Of a DNA stretch of 64,000 nt, positions 53,556 through 62,911 are shown piece by piece. This stretch comes from Spirochaetia bacterium. Lineage in GTDB: Bacteria; Spirochaetota; Spirochaetia; SZUA-6; Bin103. Where the stretch lies: the NCBI GenBank assembly GCA_965208575.1, contig CBDBOV010000003.1, forward strand, positions 384,001 through 448,000. Reading direction: 5' to 3'. A program made the position numbers and the translations under genes. Every line of letters begins with the position of its first letter. The first letter of the stretch is position 1. Below the pieces are notes generated by a model. The model was given only the letters and a program-made list of their open reading frames with translations. It did not search any database and was not told the origin of the DNA.

Positions 53556-53900
53556 ATGGACCTAGCGGCCGCCAGCGCGATCTTCGCTCGTTACGCGCAC
53601 CAGTTCGTCGTGGCCTACGTGTTCGGGTCGGTCGCGGCCGGCACCGCCGACGAGCACAGCGACATCGACGTGATCGTGGTGCGGCACACGACGCAGCCGT
53701 TCTTCGACCGCATGCGGGAGATCATGGATCTGCGCCTGGAGTTCGGAGCCGCGGACATGTTGATCTACACCCCGGCCGAGTTGGAGCAGATGCTCGCCGA
53801 GGATGGCCGCTACTTCGTAAAGCATGCGGTCCGCACAGGATACCGGATTGACGGAACCCAACAGAGAGGCCGATCGCTGGCTCAGACAAGCCGAGAATGA
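53556..53900 (+). CDS. Minimal nucleotidyltransferase (MNT)
   Basis: FGS.A.G.....SDID, D.LIYTP.E. Confidence 0.88.
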   Translation: MDLAAASAIFARYAHQFVVAYVFGSVAAGTADEHSDIDVIVVRHTTQPFFDRMREIMDLRLEFGAADMLIYTPAELEQMLAEDGRYFVKHAVRTGYRIDGTQQRGRSLAQTSRE

Positions 53901-54306
53901 CCTTGCCTACGCGACGGTCGGACTGCGCGAAGGCTTCGCTGCGCAGGTTTGCTTCCAATGCCAACAGGTCTGCGAGAAGGCGATCAAGGCGCTGCGCTAC
54001 GCCCGCGGTGAACGGGTGGTGATCGGTCACGCTCTCGTCGAGCTGGCCGCACCGCTAGAGGTGATGGCCCGGTTCCACGACGAGTTGGCGGTGCTCGACC
54101 AGTACTACGTTCCGACCCGGTATCCGAACGGTCTGCCGGGCGGGATTCCCTCTGACGTCTATACCACGGCTCAGGCGACCGCGGCCGTGGACGTCGCCCG
54201 CCGCATCGTCGCCGCGGTCCGCCGCGAAGTGGAAGGAAGTTCTGGAGGTGGCGGCGGACACGATACATCCGCACCAGTGGAGGGCGGGCCGCCCGCCGAA
54301 GCGTGA
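53848..54306 (+). CDS. HEPN-domain protein
   Basis: RWLRQAENDL, CF.CQQ..EKAIKA, GH.L..L, YY.PTRYP; overlaps the MNT gene. Confidence 0.88.
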   Translation: MTEPNREADRWLRQAENDLAYATVGLREGFAAQVCFQCQQVCEKAIKALRYARGERVVIGHALVELAAPLEVMARFHDELAVLDQYYVPTRYPNGLPGGIPSDVYTTAQATAAVDVARRIVAAVRREVEGSSGGGGGHDTSAPVEGGPPAEA

Positions 54307-54314
54307 CCGCCCGG

Positions 54315-54701
54315 CTACTGATCGCTCGCTGGTAAGGGTACCGGCGTCGGTACGTCCAGTTGGCGGGCACAGCGTGCAAGGGGCGTGTCGAAGGTGGCGA
54401 GCTGGGCGCCCACTGTTCGGGCGGCGGCGAGCAGGGCCGCGTCCACCCAGCCGATGCCGGTCCCTGCGAGGCGGTGGCGCCGAATGAATTCGTACAACGC
54501 CTCCGGTGAAGGCGGTGGACTCCGGGGCAGCGAGCGCAGGAGCGCCTCGTTCTCGGCGGAGAGGCCGCCGAGCAGCAGTTCGCCGACTACGAACGGGTGC
54601 ACCAGTGCCTGGCCGCTCGTGATCCAGGGCTGGGCAACAAGTCCGGCCTCCTCGCCGCGCAGGAACCTGAGCCACACGCTGGTGTCGATCAGGACGGTCA
54701 A
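54315..54701 (-). CDS. vapC: VapC PIN-domain toxin
   Basis: LIDTSVW, V.GELL.G, GIGWVD, ATFD. Confidence 0.9.
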   Translation of the reverse strand: MTVLIDTSVWLRFLRGEEAGLVAQPWITSGQALVHPFVVGELLLGGLSAENEALLRSLPRSPPPSPEALYEFIRRHRLAGTGIGWVDAALLAAARTVGAQLATFDTPLARCARQLDVPTPVPLPASDQ

Positions 54702-54901
54702 CCTCGATCTCCTGCCGAGCGCCGCCGTGCTACCGGCCGCAGATCGGGCTGCGAACCGAATGCCTCCCCCAGCCGGCGGCGCCGGTCGGCGTTGATCAAC
54801 TCCTGCAGACCAAGTTCCACCACGGCGGTCTTGGTCTTGCCCCGATGGATCGCCATCGCCTCGCGGACCAGCGCGTCGTCAAGGTTCATGGTCGTCTTCA
54901 T
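54698..54901 (-). CDS. vapB: VapB antitoxin
   Basis: MKTTMNLDDAL..EA......TKT..VE.GL..L; GTGA overlap with vapC. Confidence 0.88.
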   Translation of the reverse strand: MKTTMNLDDALVREAMAIHRGKTKTAVVELGLQELINADRRRRLGEAFGSQPDLRPVARRRSAGDRG

Positions 54902-55084
54902 CCATACAGCGTACTAGATCAAGCCATATCAAACAATCACCATGAACCTTACTGATGACCGGAAAGATATGTCTCCCACGACCCTCGATTACCCCACGAG
55001 CTCCTACGCCCGACTCCTGCTTGCGCGTACGCGCCTCCCACCTCTACCATCCTGAGCCGAACACCCTGGAAGAGGAGGAGCAAG

Positions 55085-55600
55085 ATGTTCACAACCAAAG
55101 CAAGGGCCATCACGATTGCCGCCGTAGTCGGATTCCTGGTCGCCGCAACGAACGTGGCGGCGGATGAAGGCGGCACCTTCAGCATCATCCGGAGCTACGC
55201 GCGCACCCACGCCACGTTGGAACACGCCGCGGGCACGATCAGCACAGGCTCGCTGGAGGGAACCATCACCACCCTGGCCAGCAGCGGCGAACCGTTCACC
55301 CAAGGCGACCACAGCCTCATCTCGTGCCTGTTTTACGCCACGAGCACTGCAGAAGGGTTGAGCATTGAAGCGCCGTGCACGATCACCGATGGGTCCGGCG
55401 ACCGATGGTACACCATGTCGCGCCGAGATGCGGGCGACATGGCGTCAGGTGGTGGTGGCGAGGGCCGCTTGGAACTCATGGGAGGCACCGGCAAGTATGC
55501 CGGCGTGACCGGCACCTGTACCTACGAAGCCTCATACCTCACCCAGGACCGGGTCGTGTCGGATGGCGATTGCACCTGGGAGAGGTCGAACGCGGACTGA
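55085..55600 (+). CDS. Secreted beta-rich hypothetical protein
   Basis: GAGGAG RBS, signal peptide (VAA-D), GGTGKYAG.TG.C.Y motif, four Cys. Confidence 0.75.
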   Translation: MFTTKARAITIAAVVGFLVAATNVAADEGGTFSIIRSYARTHATLEHAAGTISTGSLEGTITTLASSGEPFTQGDHSLISCLFYATSTAEGLSIEAPCTITDGSGDRWYTMSRRDAGDMASGGGGEGRLELMGGTGKYAGVTGTCTYEASYLTQDRVVSDGDCTWERSNAD

Positions 55601-55809
55601 AGCCGCAGTAGACCGCTCTTGCGTGCCGGATGCGCCCGGATAGCCGCACTGCGGCGGCAGGGTCACCTCAGCTTGCCCCTTGCCCACGTAGATAGCATGG
55701 GCAACTGTGGTATAATTTCGGCGGGATGGATCGGTCAAGGTCGAAGTTTGGCCGTTCCGTGGCGCGCCAGTCTGCCGTCCGAAGGAATTCAATGTCAAGG
55801 AGCGTGTGA

Positions 55810-56121
55810 ATGACGTCCACCATGAATGGCACCGTGGAAGAAACGGTGCGGAAGATCGTCCGGGCTGACTTGGCCGAGTTCTACAACAAGGAGTTCGAGG
55901 TCTTTGTTCACCAGGCCGAGGCGATCCTGGACGACGAGAGATACCTCCGAATCTACATTGTGTTCGACGGTACGGCCAAGGATCTTTGGATTCCTGGCTG
56001 GACGACGGGGCTGATCGGAAGAATTCGAGACAAGTTGGCCCATGAGAACATCATGGACTTCCCCGTAGTTTCGCCGGTTGCAAAGTCGGAGTGGCCCGCT
56101 CTCAAACGAACAATAGCGTGA
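55810..56121 (+). CDS. Hypothetical protein, likely partner of the downstream HEPN remnant
   Basis: AAGGAG RBS; LRIYIVFDG...FPVVS; GTGA overlap with the next ORF. Confidence 0.6.
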   Translation: MTSTMNGTVEETVRKIVRADLAEFYNKEFEVFVHQAEAILDDERYLRIYIVFDGTAKDLWIPGWTTGLIGRIRDKLAHENIMDFPVVSPVAKSEWPALKRTIA

Positions 56122-56228
56122 GCGACAGGGCTCGCGCTCAGCTAGATCTGGCGCGGGACATCCTTGGGCTGACTACAGGACGACCGCGTCAGATAGTAAG
56201 TTTCGCAAATGAACACAATTGTGCGTGA
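56118..56228 (+). pseudogene. N-terminal stub of a HEPN-like gene (MSDRARAQLDLARDILGLTTGRPRQ...)
   Basis: L..A..L....GRPRQ usually precedes RRAVS.AYYA in a HEPN subfamily (from recall); here the sequence switches to AT-rich DNA. Confidence 0.4.
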
Positions 56229-56384
56229 TGTCAACCGCGCCGATTGATCCACTTGATGTCCCTCGGACCTACCGCCGACTTGAGAAGGTACAGCGGCCGT
56301 ATTTCCGAACTGCGCCGAGCGGATTTCCCGCAGTGCGCGACCTGATCGGACACCGCGTCGCGTCGCCCGTATCCCGTCAACCCG

Positions 56385-57665
56385 CTATGCCACGTCTTCG
56401 TAGAACAGGCCGTCATACAGAAACGCAGGCTCGATCGCCTCGCAGTCGCGCTCGCTCGTTCCGGCACGCCGCATCTCGGTATGCCATCCTTCGCGCACGG
56501 TGCTCGCGATGCGGTCGAACAATGCCGCCGCGGCCGCCTGCCCGAGCAGAAAACGCCCGTGACCGCTCAGCAGGTTGGTCCTGTTGGCATAACGCCCGAA
56601 GCGGCCGCAGGCCATCGCGAGATCGCGCCGTTCCAGGGCCACCACCGGCGAGGGCGTCAGGTCGTAGGCCGGACTCAGACGCCACGAACGTCCCTTGGCG
56701 AGGACCGCGTGATTGCGCGGGTGATCGTCCAGATTGGAGATCGCCGCGTTGAAGCACATCCGGCCGAACAGCTCGCGCAGATCGTCTTCCGGTCTCGCGC
56801 TCACCCGGCGGACTTCATCGGCGAGCAGCAGATAGGACCAGTCACCGCGATCGCCAAGACCGTCGCCGGAGCGCAGTAGCGTCAGGGCGCTGACCATCCG
56901 GTGACGGCGAAAGCCGGCGCCGGTTCGACCGTCATCCTCCCGGTCGCGGTCGAAGCGGCGCACGAGCAACACATCGCGCGCCCCGACGGTTTCGATACGG
57001 CTGTCGGCGACGTTCAGGCCGCATGCCCGGGCGAGGCTGAGCATGCCATGCTCGACTCGCGAATTGTTCCAGCGGTCGTCGCCGCGGCTGAACTTGGCGA
57101 TCCAGAGAGCGCCCTCGTGCTCCACCACCGCCTTGGGGCGTGCTCCGCCCATCGACGTGCCGAGCAGGAGCAACTCCTCGACCCGATCCTCGGCGGACCC
57201 GCCGCGCTCCGGATCATCGTCGAGGATGGCATCGGCGGCCCGCTGGAGCGCGGCAAGATCCAGCGTTCGGTTGAACCGGCGCCGCGGGGCGGGGGGCTCG
57301 ACGGCAAGGCCAAAGCCCAAAGCCCCGGCGCGGTCGTCCGGCCCCTGCATCAGGTAGTCGAACTCGCTGAGCTCCCTGAAGCAGGAGTTGCGCTCGATTA
57401 CGCACCGTCCCCAGAAATCGGGCATCGAATCCCGGATCGCGCCGAAGAACCCCTCCATGCGTGCCGTCTCGTAGACTTGGGCGGAGAGACGCAATTCGAC
57501 CGGATCGAGCTCGACCGCATCGGCCCGCTCCCGGTACGAGCGGCCATACACGAACTGACCGACCGCCGCCGCCCCGTCGTCGATCCAGCGGAAGCGGCCC
57601 GCGGTCACGAAGTTCGTCGCACCCGGCGGCACAATGTAGACGAAGCACTCGCGCTCAGAAGTCAT
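56385..57665 (-). CDS. hipA: HipA-family kinase toxin
   Basis: DSMPDFWGR, GTSMGGARPKA, IAKF, RRFDR, NLDDHPRNH, LSPAYDL. Confidence 0.92.
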   Translation of the reverse strand: MTSERECFVYIVPPGATNFVTAGRFRWIDDGAAAVGQFVYGRSYRERADAVELDPVELRLSAQVYETARMEGFFGAIRDSMPDFWGRCVIERNSCFRELSEFDYLMQGPDDRAGALGFGLAVEPPAPRRRFNRTLDLAALQRAADAILDDDPERGGSAEDRVEELLLLGTSMGGARPKAVVEHEGALWIAKFSRGDDRWNNSRVEHGMLSLARACGLNVADSRIETVGARDVLLVRRFDRDREDDGRTGAGFRRHRMVSALTLLRSGDGLGDRGDWSYLLLADEVRRVSARPEDDLRELFGRMCFNAAISNLDDHPRNHAVLAKGRSWRLSPAYDLTPSPVVALERRDLAMACGRFGRYANRTNLLSGHGRFLLGQAAAAALFDRIASTVREGWHTEMRRAGTSERDCEAIEPAFLYDGLFYEDVA

Positions 57666-57996
57666 CGCTCAGCGACCGGCGGCCCCGCGCGCGCCTCGGA
57701 CTGCGTGCGCGTTCCAGCGTCTTGCCTTCCTCGTCGCGATCCGGATCGGCCACCTTGGACAGGTCGCCGAGCAGGCCCAGCACCCACAATGCGCCCACGT
57801 AGCCCGCAACGCCGGTGGTCGGCTTGCCTCTCTCGACGTCGGCCACCACGAACCGGGAGACGCCCATGCGTTCCGCGAGCTCGGTCTGCCGGAGCATGCG
57901 GCGCAGCCGCGCCGTGCGGATGTTCCGCCCCAGCCGTTCCAGCGCTTCCTCGACCGCGGCCGGGGGAGAGCGGACCAATTTAGTTGGCCTTGGCAT
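57655..57996 (-). CDS. HipB-like XRE antitoxin
   Basis: LGRNIRTARLRR...Q.ELAERMGVSR..V..VE.G; overlaps hipA. Confidence 0.88.
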   Translation of the reverse strand: MPRPTKLVRSPPAAVEEALERLGRNIRTARLRRMLRQTELAERMGVSRFVVADVERGKPTTGVAGYVGALWVLGLLGDLSKVADPDRDEEGKTLERARSPRRARGRRSLSDDF

Positions 57997-58006
57997 ATCT
58001 GTTTCC

Positions 58007-58045
58007 AACAACATTGAGATATATAATGTTTGTTCTATATAACAT
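58007..58045. promoter_or_regulatory. AT-rich promoter/operator of the hipBA-like operon
   Basis: Inverted repeat AACATT-N9-AATGTT and repeated TATATAA just upstream of the antitoxin start. Confidence 0.45.
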
Positions 58046-58074
58046 GGAGTGCATACGGGGTCAATCGCTACGGC

Positions 58075-58571
58075 TGGAGTATGGAAAATCGCGGCTCGCG
58101 CTCGCCTCCGACGCCAGGCGCGAGGTTATACTACCGGACGCGGGCGACAAGTCGGGGGTCTGGTTCCGCGCGGTTCTACCGCGCGCGCCCTCCGCAAGGA
58201 CGGCGAGCGCTTCGACCGCCACCTCGCGCGACTCGCCAAGGAAGGAGGATCGTGATGGCTTTGGACGTGAACGATGTGATCTCTGCGCTCGACCCCGCGC
58301 GGCGGCGGAAGATCGAGGACGAGGCCGCGGCTCTCATCGCAGAGGAAATGGCGCTGCGCGAGCTTCGCAAGGCTCGGCAGTCAGTGTTGCGCGGCAGCTC
58401 GGCATCAGCCAGGACGGAGTGCCCCGGCTGGGGCAGTGCAGCGACCCGCTGCGCTCGACGCTGCGCAGGACGGTCGAGGCCATGGGCGGAAACCTCTCGC
58501 TGATCGCCACCTTTCCCGACCGGCCGCCGGTCGAGCTCTCCGCCATCGGCCAGCCCGAGCTCCGCGACTGA
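58075..58571 (+). pseudogene. Degraded RelE/HigB-type toxin 3' fragment plus frameshifted XRE antitoxin
   Basis: Pieces in different frames: ...AGDKSG..., ERFDRHLA, LDPARRRKIEDEAA.LIAEEM.LRELRKAR, STLRR.VEAMGG.LSLIA.FPDRPPV. Confidence 0.75.
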
Positions 58572-58584
58572 GACCGGAGACGGC

Positions 58585-59530
58585 GTGAACCCCCCTGTCT
58601 TCCGTGAGGAATTCTTCGACCCGGAGTCCGTGCGGTGGTACCGGCGCCTGTTCGACGAACGCAACGCCGGCAAGAATCGGGCGCTCTCCGATGTCGAGTT
58701 CCTGAACGAGTGCGGCTTCTTCATCGAACATGACGATCTCATGGTGCCAACTCGGGCTGCGGTCCTGGTGTTCGGTCGCGCGCGTCACGTTCGCCGGATA
58801 CTCCCGAGACCGGTGGTCGATTGCCAGTTCATCGATTTCACAGCCGACTCCTGGACGACCGACCGTCGATGGAACGACCGTATCGTAGTAGAAGAGAACC
58901 TCGTCCAGGCGTGGCTGATGCTGTCCGAGCGCTATGCGCAATATGCCGAGCATCCGTTCGGGGTGGATGCGGCGAGGCTCGGGCGGAACGATGATCCCCC
59001 CGACTACATTGCCTTCCGTGAGGCAGCCATCAATCTGCTCATCCACCAGGACTACGGTGACCACAGCCGTAAGGCGTCGATCAGATTCTTCCGCGATCGG
59101 ATGGTGTTCTGGAATCCGGGCGACGCCTTCGCCATGACCGATGAGCTCCTGGACCGTACCGAGAAGGAGGTGCGCAACCCGGCGATCGTCGCCGCATTCC
59201 GTCGCATCGGGCTGAGCGGGCAGGCCGGGACGGGCATGCGCGCGATCTTTCAGGGCTGGCAGCGTCTCGGACACCCTCCGCCGGTAATAAACAGCGACAA
59301 GGCGAGGAAGACCTTCGAGCTTCTCCTGTTACGCGAGCCACTGTCCCGAGAAGAGCAGCAACTGCTACAGGCGCAACTCGGCGTGAAGCTCAGCGAGACA
59401 GTGACACGGCTTTTCGCTTCGCCTGCCGCCAGGGCGGCGCGTCGCTCACCGACGCGAAGGCGGTGACCGGCCAGGCGGGGCCGGAGGCTCGGAAGGTGCT
59501 CAACACGCTTGCAGTGCAAAGACTGCTGCG
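58585..59530 (+). pseudogene. Fragment of an AlbA/Schlafen-associated RecG-C-like (HATPase) protein; N-terminus missing, frameshift ~59420
   Basis: PTRAAVL.FG, AFREA.IN.LIHQDY, F.DR..F.NPG, RNP.I..AFRRIGL....GTG. Confidence 0.7.
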
Positions 59531-59811
59531 GTACGTCACGAGGATCACTACCGCTTCGTCCAGTAGGGCGCCAGCGGGAGTGGAAGCTGATCAAGGACAA
59601 GTACGACGGCCGATCGACTACCACCTCTTCAGCGGCTGGTCTCGCCGGAGTTCAATCACGACCCGTTCCACCCGCGCGAGGTGCTGGAGCTGCCGCCCGA
59701 GGATGCGCGTCCGGCGCCTCGGCTGCGCCGCCATCGACCGGTTGCTCGGTTGCACGGTAGCGAGCGGCCACGTCGAAGCCCGCAAGAGCACTTTCTGAGG
59801 AACCGCAGAAC

Positions 59812-60408
59812 CTACGGGTCGCGGATGGTTCTGCCGTCGTCGCGCAACGTGATGACGCCGTTACACGGATCGAGACACTGATGTGGAGTATCGGGTATCT
59901 CGTCGACTCGGCGAACCAGCGCGAATGCCCGAACTTCGGCACTCGGCCAGAAACCCTGCACTGCCTCGACAGCCGCGAAGAGGGTCGCGCCTGATGTCAC
60001 GACATCGTCTACGATCAAGATCTTGGGCACGTCAACGAGTTCAGCCTGCGCGATCTCCATTGTTTCTCGATGCCGGCCGACGGTACGCGGTTCTGTTGAG
60101 GTAGCGGCCTTCGGGACTGCATGTACACGGCGCAACATCGGGATGCAGCGATTCACGAGTTTGTACTTCGTGAGAGCTTCGCAAATCATGTACGCCGGCC
60201 ACAGCGCGCCTCTTGTGGGAGCAGCATGCCCCGGGACGGGAACAGCAAGCACGTCTGAACCGAAATAGCCAAGGAACCGGCTTCGGTTTTGGCCGACACG
60301 GAGGGCGGCGTGTTCGATGACCGCGCGATGCCCTCGCTTGATCGGGTAACAGACCCGGTCACGCGAGCGCCGTTCGAGATCCCGAGTCCCGCGCGGCGAA
60401 TAGATCAA
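59812..60408 (-). CDS. ComF-like phosphoribosyltransferase (start uncertain)
   Basis: VPVP, LIVDDVVTSGATL PRPP-binding loop. Confidence 0.8.
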   Translation of the reverse strand: MIYSPRGTRDLERRSRDRVCYPIKRGHRAVIEHAALRVGQNRSRFLGYFGSDVLAVPVPGHAAPTRGALWPAYMICEALTKYKLVNRCIPMLRRVHAVPKAATSTEPRTVGRHRETMEIAQAELVDVPKILIVDDVVTSGATLFAAVEAVQGFWPSAEVRAFALVRRVDEIPDTPHQCLDPCNGVITLRDDGRTIRDP

Positions 60409-60428
60409 CAGTGAGGCGAAGGGGACGG

Positions 60429-61214
60429 TCAGAAGGGCACTATCTCTTCAAGCCCATGTGCGGGAATCGGCAGGCGGGTAGGGATCGCGTCGAGAACGGC
60501 GGCGCAGTTAGCATCGGTCAGAATCTCGGCGCCGTATTCGATCTGCTCGTTGATCCACCGGATGTCCCCCGCCCCCACAGCCGACTTGAGAAAATACAGT
60601 GGGCGTCCGAGGCGGAGTGCCTCCCACCCCTGGTGCTGGGTGCCGCTGCCCTCGCCGGCCTCCACGACAACGGTTGCCGGTGACAGTAATGCCATCGTCC
60701 GATTGCGTACGGTGAAGTTCCACTTTTGTACGATGCTCCCGGGAGCAAACTGAGAGACGGCAACGTGTTCTCGGATGATGAGACCTTGCAGCCGGGCATT
60801 GCTCCGGGGCGTTACTTCACCGAGTGGAGTACCAAGCACGGCGATCGTGCGGCCACCGCGCTCTATGGCCGTCGTGTGGGCCACCGTGTCGACGCCCAGC
60901 GCCAACCCGCTGAGTACGGCGATGTCCCGTTTCACCAACTCGGACACCAGTCGGCGAGTCCGGCGAACTCCTGCCGGGGATGGATGGCGTGATCCCACCA
61001 CCGACGCGATGCGTCCGCGTGCGAAGATCGATCGATCGCCGGCCACCCAGAGTTGCCGGGGAGCGTACTTCCGCTCAATCTCGTTGAGCGGTCCGATCAG
61101 AGTCTCAACCGACCCTGTCTCGATTACATCGTCGCGCACGGAACTCTCGGTCGGTCGCCGGCCACCGGCTTCGTTGCCCGTTGACACAGCCGCTTCCTCC
61201 CGGGCCGTATCCAT
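60429..61214 (-). CDS. DprA/SMF Rossmann-domain protein (short form)
   Basis: SVVGSR, LSGLALGVDT.AH, TIAVLGT, RNRTMA, VVEAG..SGT..Q..EA. Confidence 0.88.
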   Translation of the reverse strand: MDTAREEAAVSTGNEAGGRRPTESSVRDDVIETGSVETLIGPLNEIERKYAPRQLWVAGDRSIFARGRIASVVGSRHPSPAGVRRTRRLVSELVKRDIAVLSGLALGVDTVAHTTAIERGGRTIAVLGTPLGEVTPRSNARLQGLIIREHVAVSQFAPGSIVQKWNFTVRNRTMALLSPATVVVEAGEGSGTQHQGWEALRLGRPLYFLKSAVGAGDIRWINEQIEYGAEILTDANCAAVLDAIPTRLPIPAHGLEEIVPF

Positions 61215-61299
61215 GCCGCCGAGTATCCGTGCAATGCGGGCGGTTGGCAAGGACGGGTGGGGCGGGGCTGGACGGGCTCGCCGCCGGCGCGGCGCCTCG

Positions 61300-61670
61300 G
61301 TCGCACACGCGAAGGCGGTGATGAGCCAGTCGGGGCCGCCGGCCCGGAAGGCGCGGGATGCACTTGCCGCGCAAAGACTCTTGGAGCCGTCAGGAGAGTC
61401 AGGCCGGTACGGCCTTGCCGAACACGTCAGGGGTAGTCTCGACGCTGCACACCTTGGTCACTCCCGCACTGACCAACCTGACCGCCGTTCAGCGCGCGAC
61501 CATCACGCGGTGCCAAGTACCGCGAAGGCAAGAGGACCTCATGCAGGAGATCGGTCTCTCGCACCGTACATTCTTTCGGCGGCGGTTGCCACGTGTCGAG
61601 GTTGGTCACTGACCATCCGGGGTTGGTCACTGAGGGATCCCACTGCCGTGCGGCAACTTGGTCACTGTCT
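61300..61670 (+). pseudogene. C-terminal linker/wHTH remnant of a paralogue of the 58585 gene
   Basis: AKAVMSQSGPPARK...QRLL is colinear with 59452-59524; LT..Q..I...C..PR....LM...GLSHR.FF; TTGGTCACT repeats at ~61454 and 61602-61667. Confidence 0.55.
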
Positions 61671-61800
61671 TCTGCTGGCTTGTTCCCGGTACGACTCGCC
61701 GGAGGCGATGTGGATGGCTGAGCGCGAACACCGCTCGCAGGCGAAGCTCTTCCGGACCGAACCGGTTCCCGGCAAGGCCGGCAGCGGAAGACTGTTCGAC

Positions 61801-61931
61801 GACCGGCACCTGTACCTACGACACCTTGTATCTCACGCAGGTCCGGGTGGTGGGCGGAAGGCAAGTGTGCCTGGGAGAGGGGCTGAGTCGAACGCGGACT
61901 GAAGCCGCAGTGCCGTAGTAAGTCGCTCTTG
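61801..61931 (+). repeat. Diverged direct copy of the 3' end and downstream flank of gene 55085-55600 (55507-55621)
   Basis: Exact 21-bp and 25-bp blocks shared. Confidence 0.85.
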
Positions 61932-61988
61932 GGCAATTACATACGAAATTAACATGGACCGGGTGTCAAAAATGAGCGCCAACGATCA

Positions 61989-62729
61989 CTATTGACGGAC
62001 GATTCGTTCTGAGAGTGGGCGCGTGTCTGGCGCTTTCACTATGTCGAATTTGCTGACCAGCGAAATGTCGTTGGCTACAGCCATTCCAGGTAGAGGAATA
62101 ACATGGAAGGACACAGTTTTATCGTCACGGATTTCTTGGGTTTTGGTAGGATAGCGATACCCGCTGATAGACCCAACTATGACGGGACGGTCCTTAGAGA
62201 TATAGAATACGGGGCCACCGCTCGTACCCGGCGGCGAACCGCTGTCGATGAAATACCCACTACCGTCATCAAATACCGCGCTGATCCGACCGGAGAAGTA
62301 GCACGCATGATCTTTGTAGAATTCCGGGAAACCCATCCAGGCTACGTGCGTAGACGGGACTAACTTGGCATCTGATTCGATAATCTTTACCTGTGGTTCG
62401 GGCAAGCTGGATGCGTTTGCAAACAGAAGCAATGCCGAGTCCCTGTCGGATAGCTTGCTCCGAATCAAGATGACTTCGTCTTCGCTCCCTGCTTGCACAC
62501 ATATCGGTTTTTCATTCCCATGGCGGATGGTGACGGTGAGATTCTTTTCGACAGCATCGGCCACAACATGAAGTGCGGTCGCAACACCTCGAAGATCATC
62601 GGCAGCATGGGAGATAAACCCCGTTCCGAAGCCGTTGGGTGTTTCGATCCTGACTATCTGACGATTGATCTGTATCGCAGCGTTGAACCATTTTGTGTCT
62701 TCGTTCATAAGTGACCTATCTCTTACCAT
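61989..62729 (-). CDS. Trypsin-like serine protease
   Basis: GTGF, TALHV (His), RDSALL (Asp), PGTSGGP (Ser); clearly lower GC; no signal peptide seen. Confidence 0.8.
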   Translation of the reverse strand: MVRDRSLMNEDTKWFNAAIQINRQIVRIETPNGFGTGFISHAADDLRGVATALHVVADAVEKNLTVTIRHGNEKPICVQAGSEDEVILIRSKLSDRDSALLLFANASSLPEPQVKIIESDAKLVPSTHVAWMGFPEFYKDHACYFSGRISAVFDDGSGYFIDSGSPPGTSGGPVFYISKDRPVIVGSISGYRYPTKTQEIRDDKTVSFHVIPLPGMAVANDISLVSKFDIVKAPDTRPLSERIVRQ

Positions 62730-62911
62730 GGTGGAGAGAGGCGAGTCAATCTGCGTGCTTGGCCCAGGGGCTTAGCCGACTGCAGCGGTTCTCGGTGAGT
62801 GAGAGGGGAAAGACGCAGTTCAGGTGATTTCTGAGGGGGCGAACGAATGACTGTCTTGTAAATCATTACAGTGCAAGAAGTTACATGACTAGACTTTGTT
62901 CACCTGCCTAG

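Noticed and set aside
61660-61800. Possible start of a further gene (MAEREHRSQAKLF...GRLFD) and another fragment at 59580-59710
   Set aside because: Too short to assign to a family without a search.
49857-62729. Integron cassette array
   Set aside because: No integrase, genes in both orientations, and no recurring attC-like palindromes.
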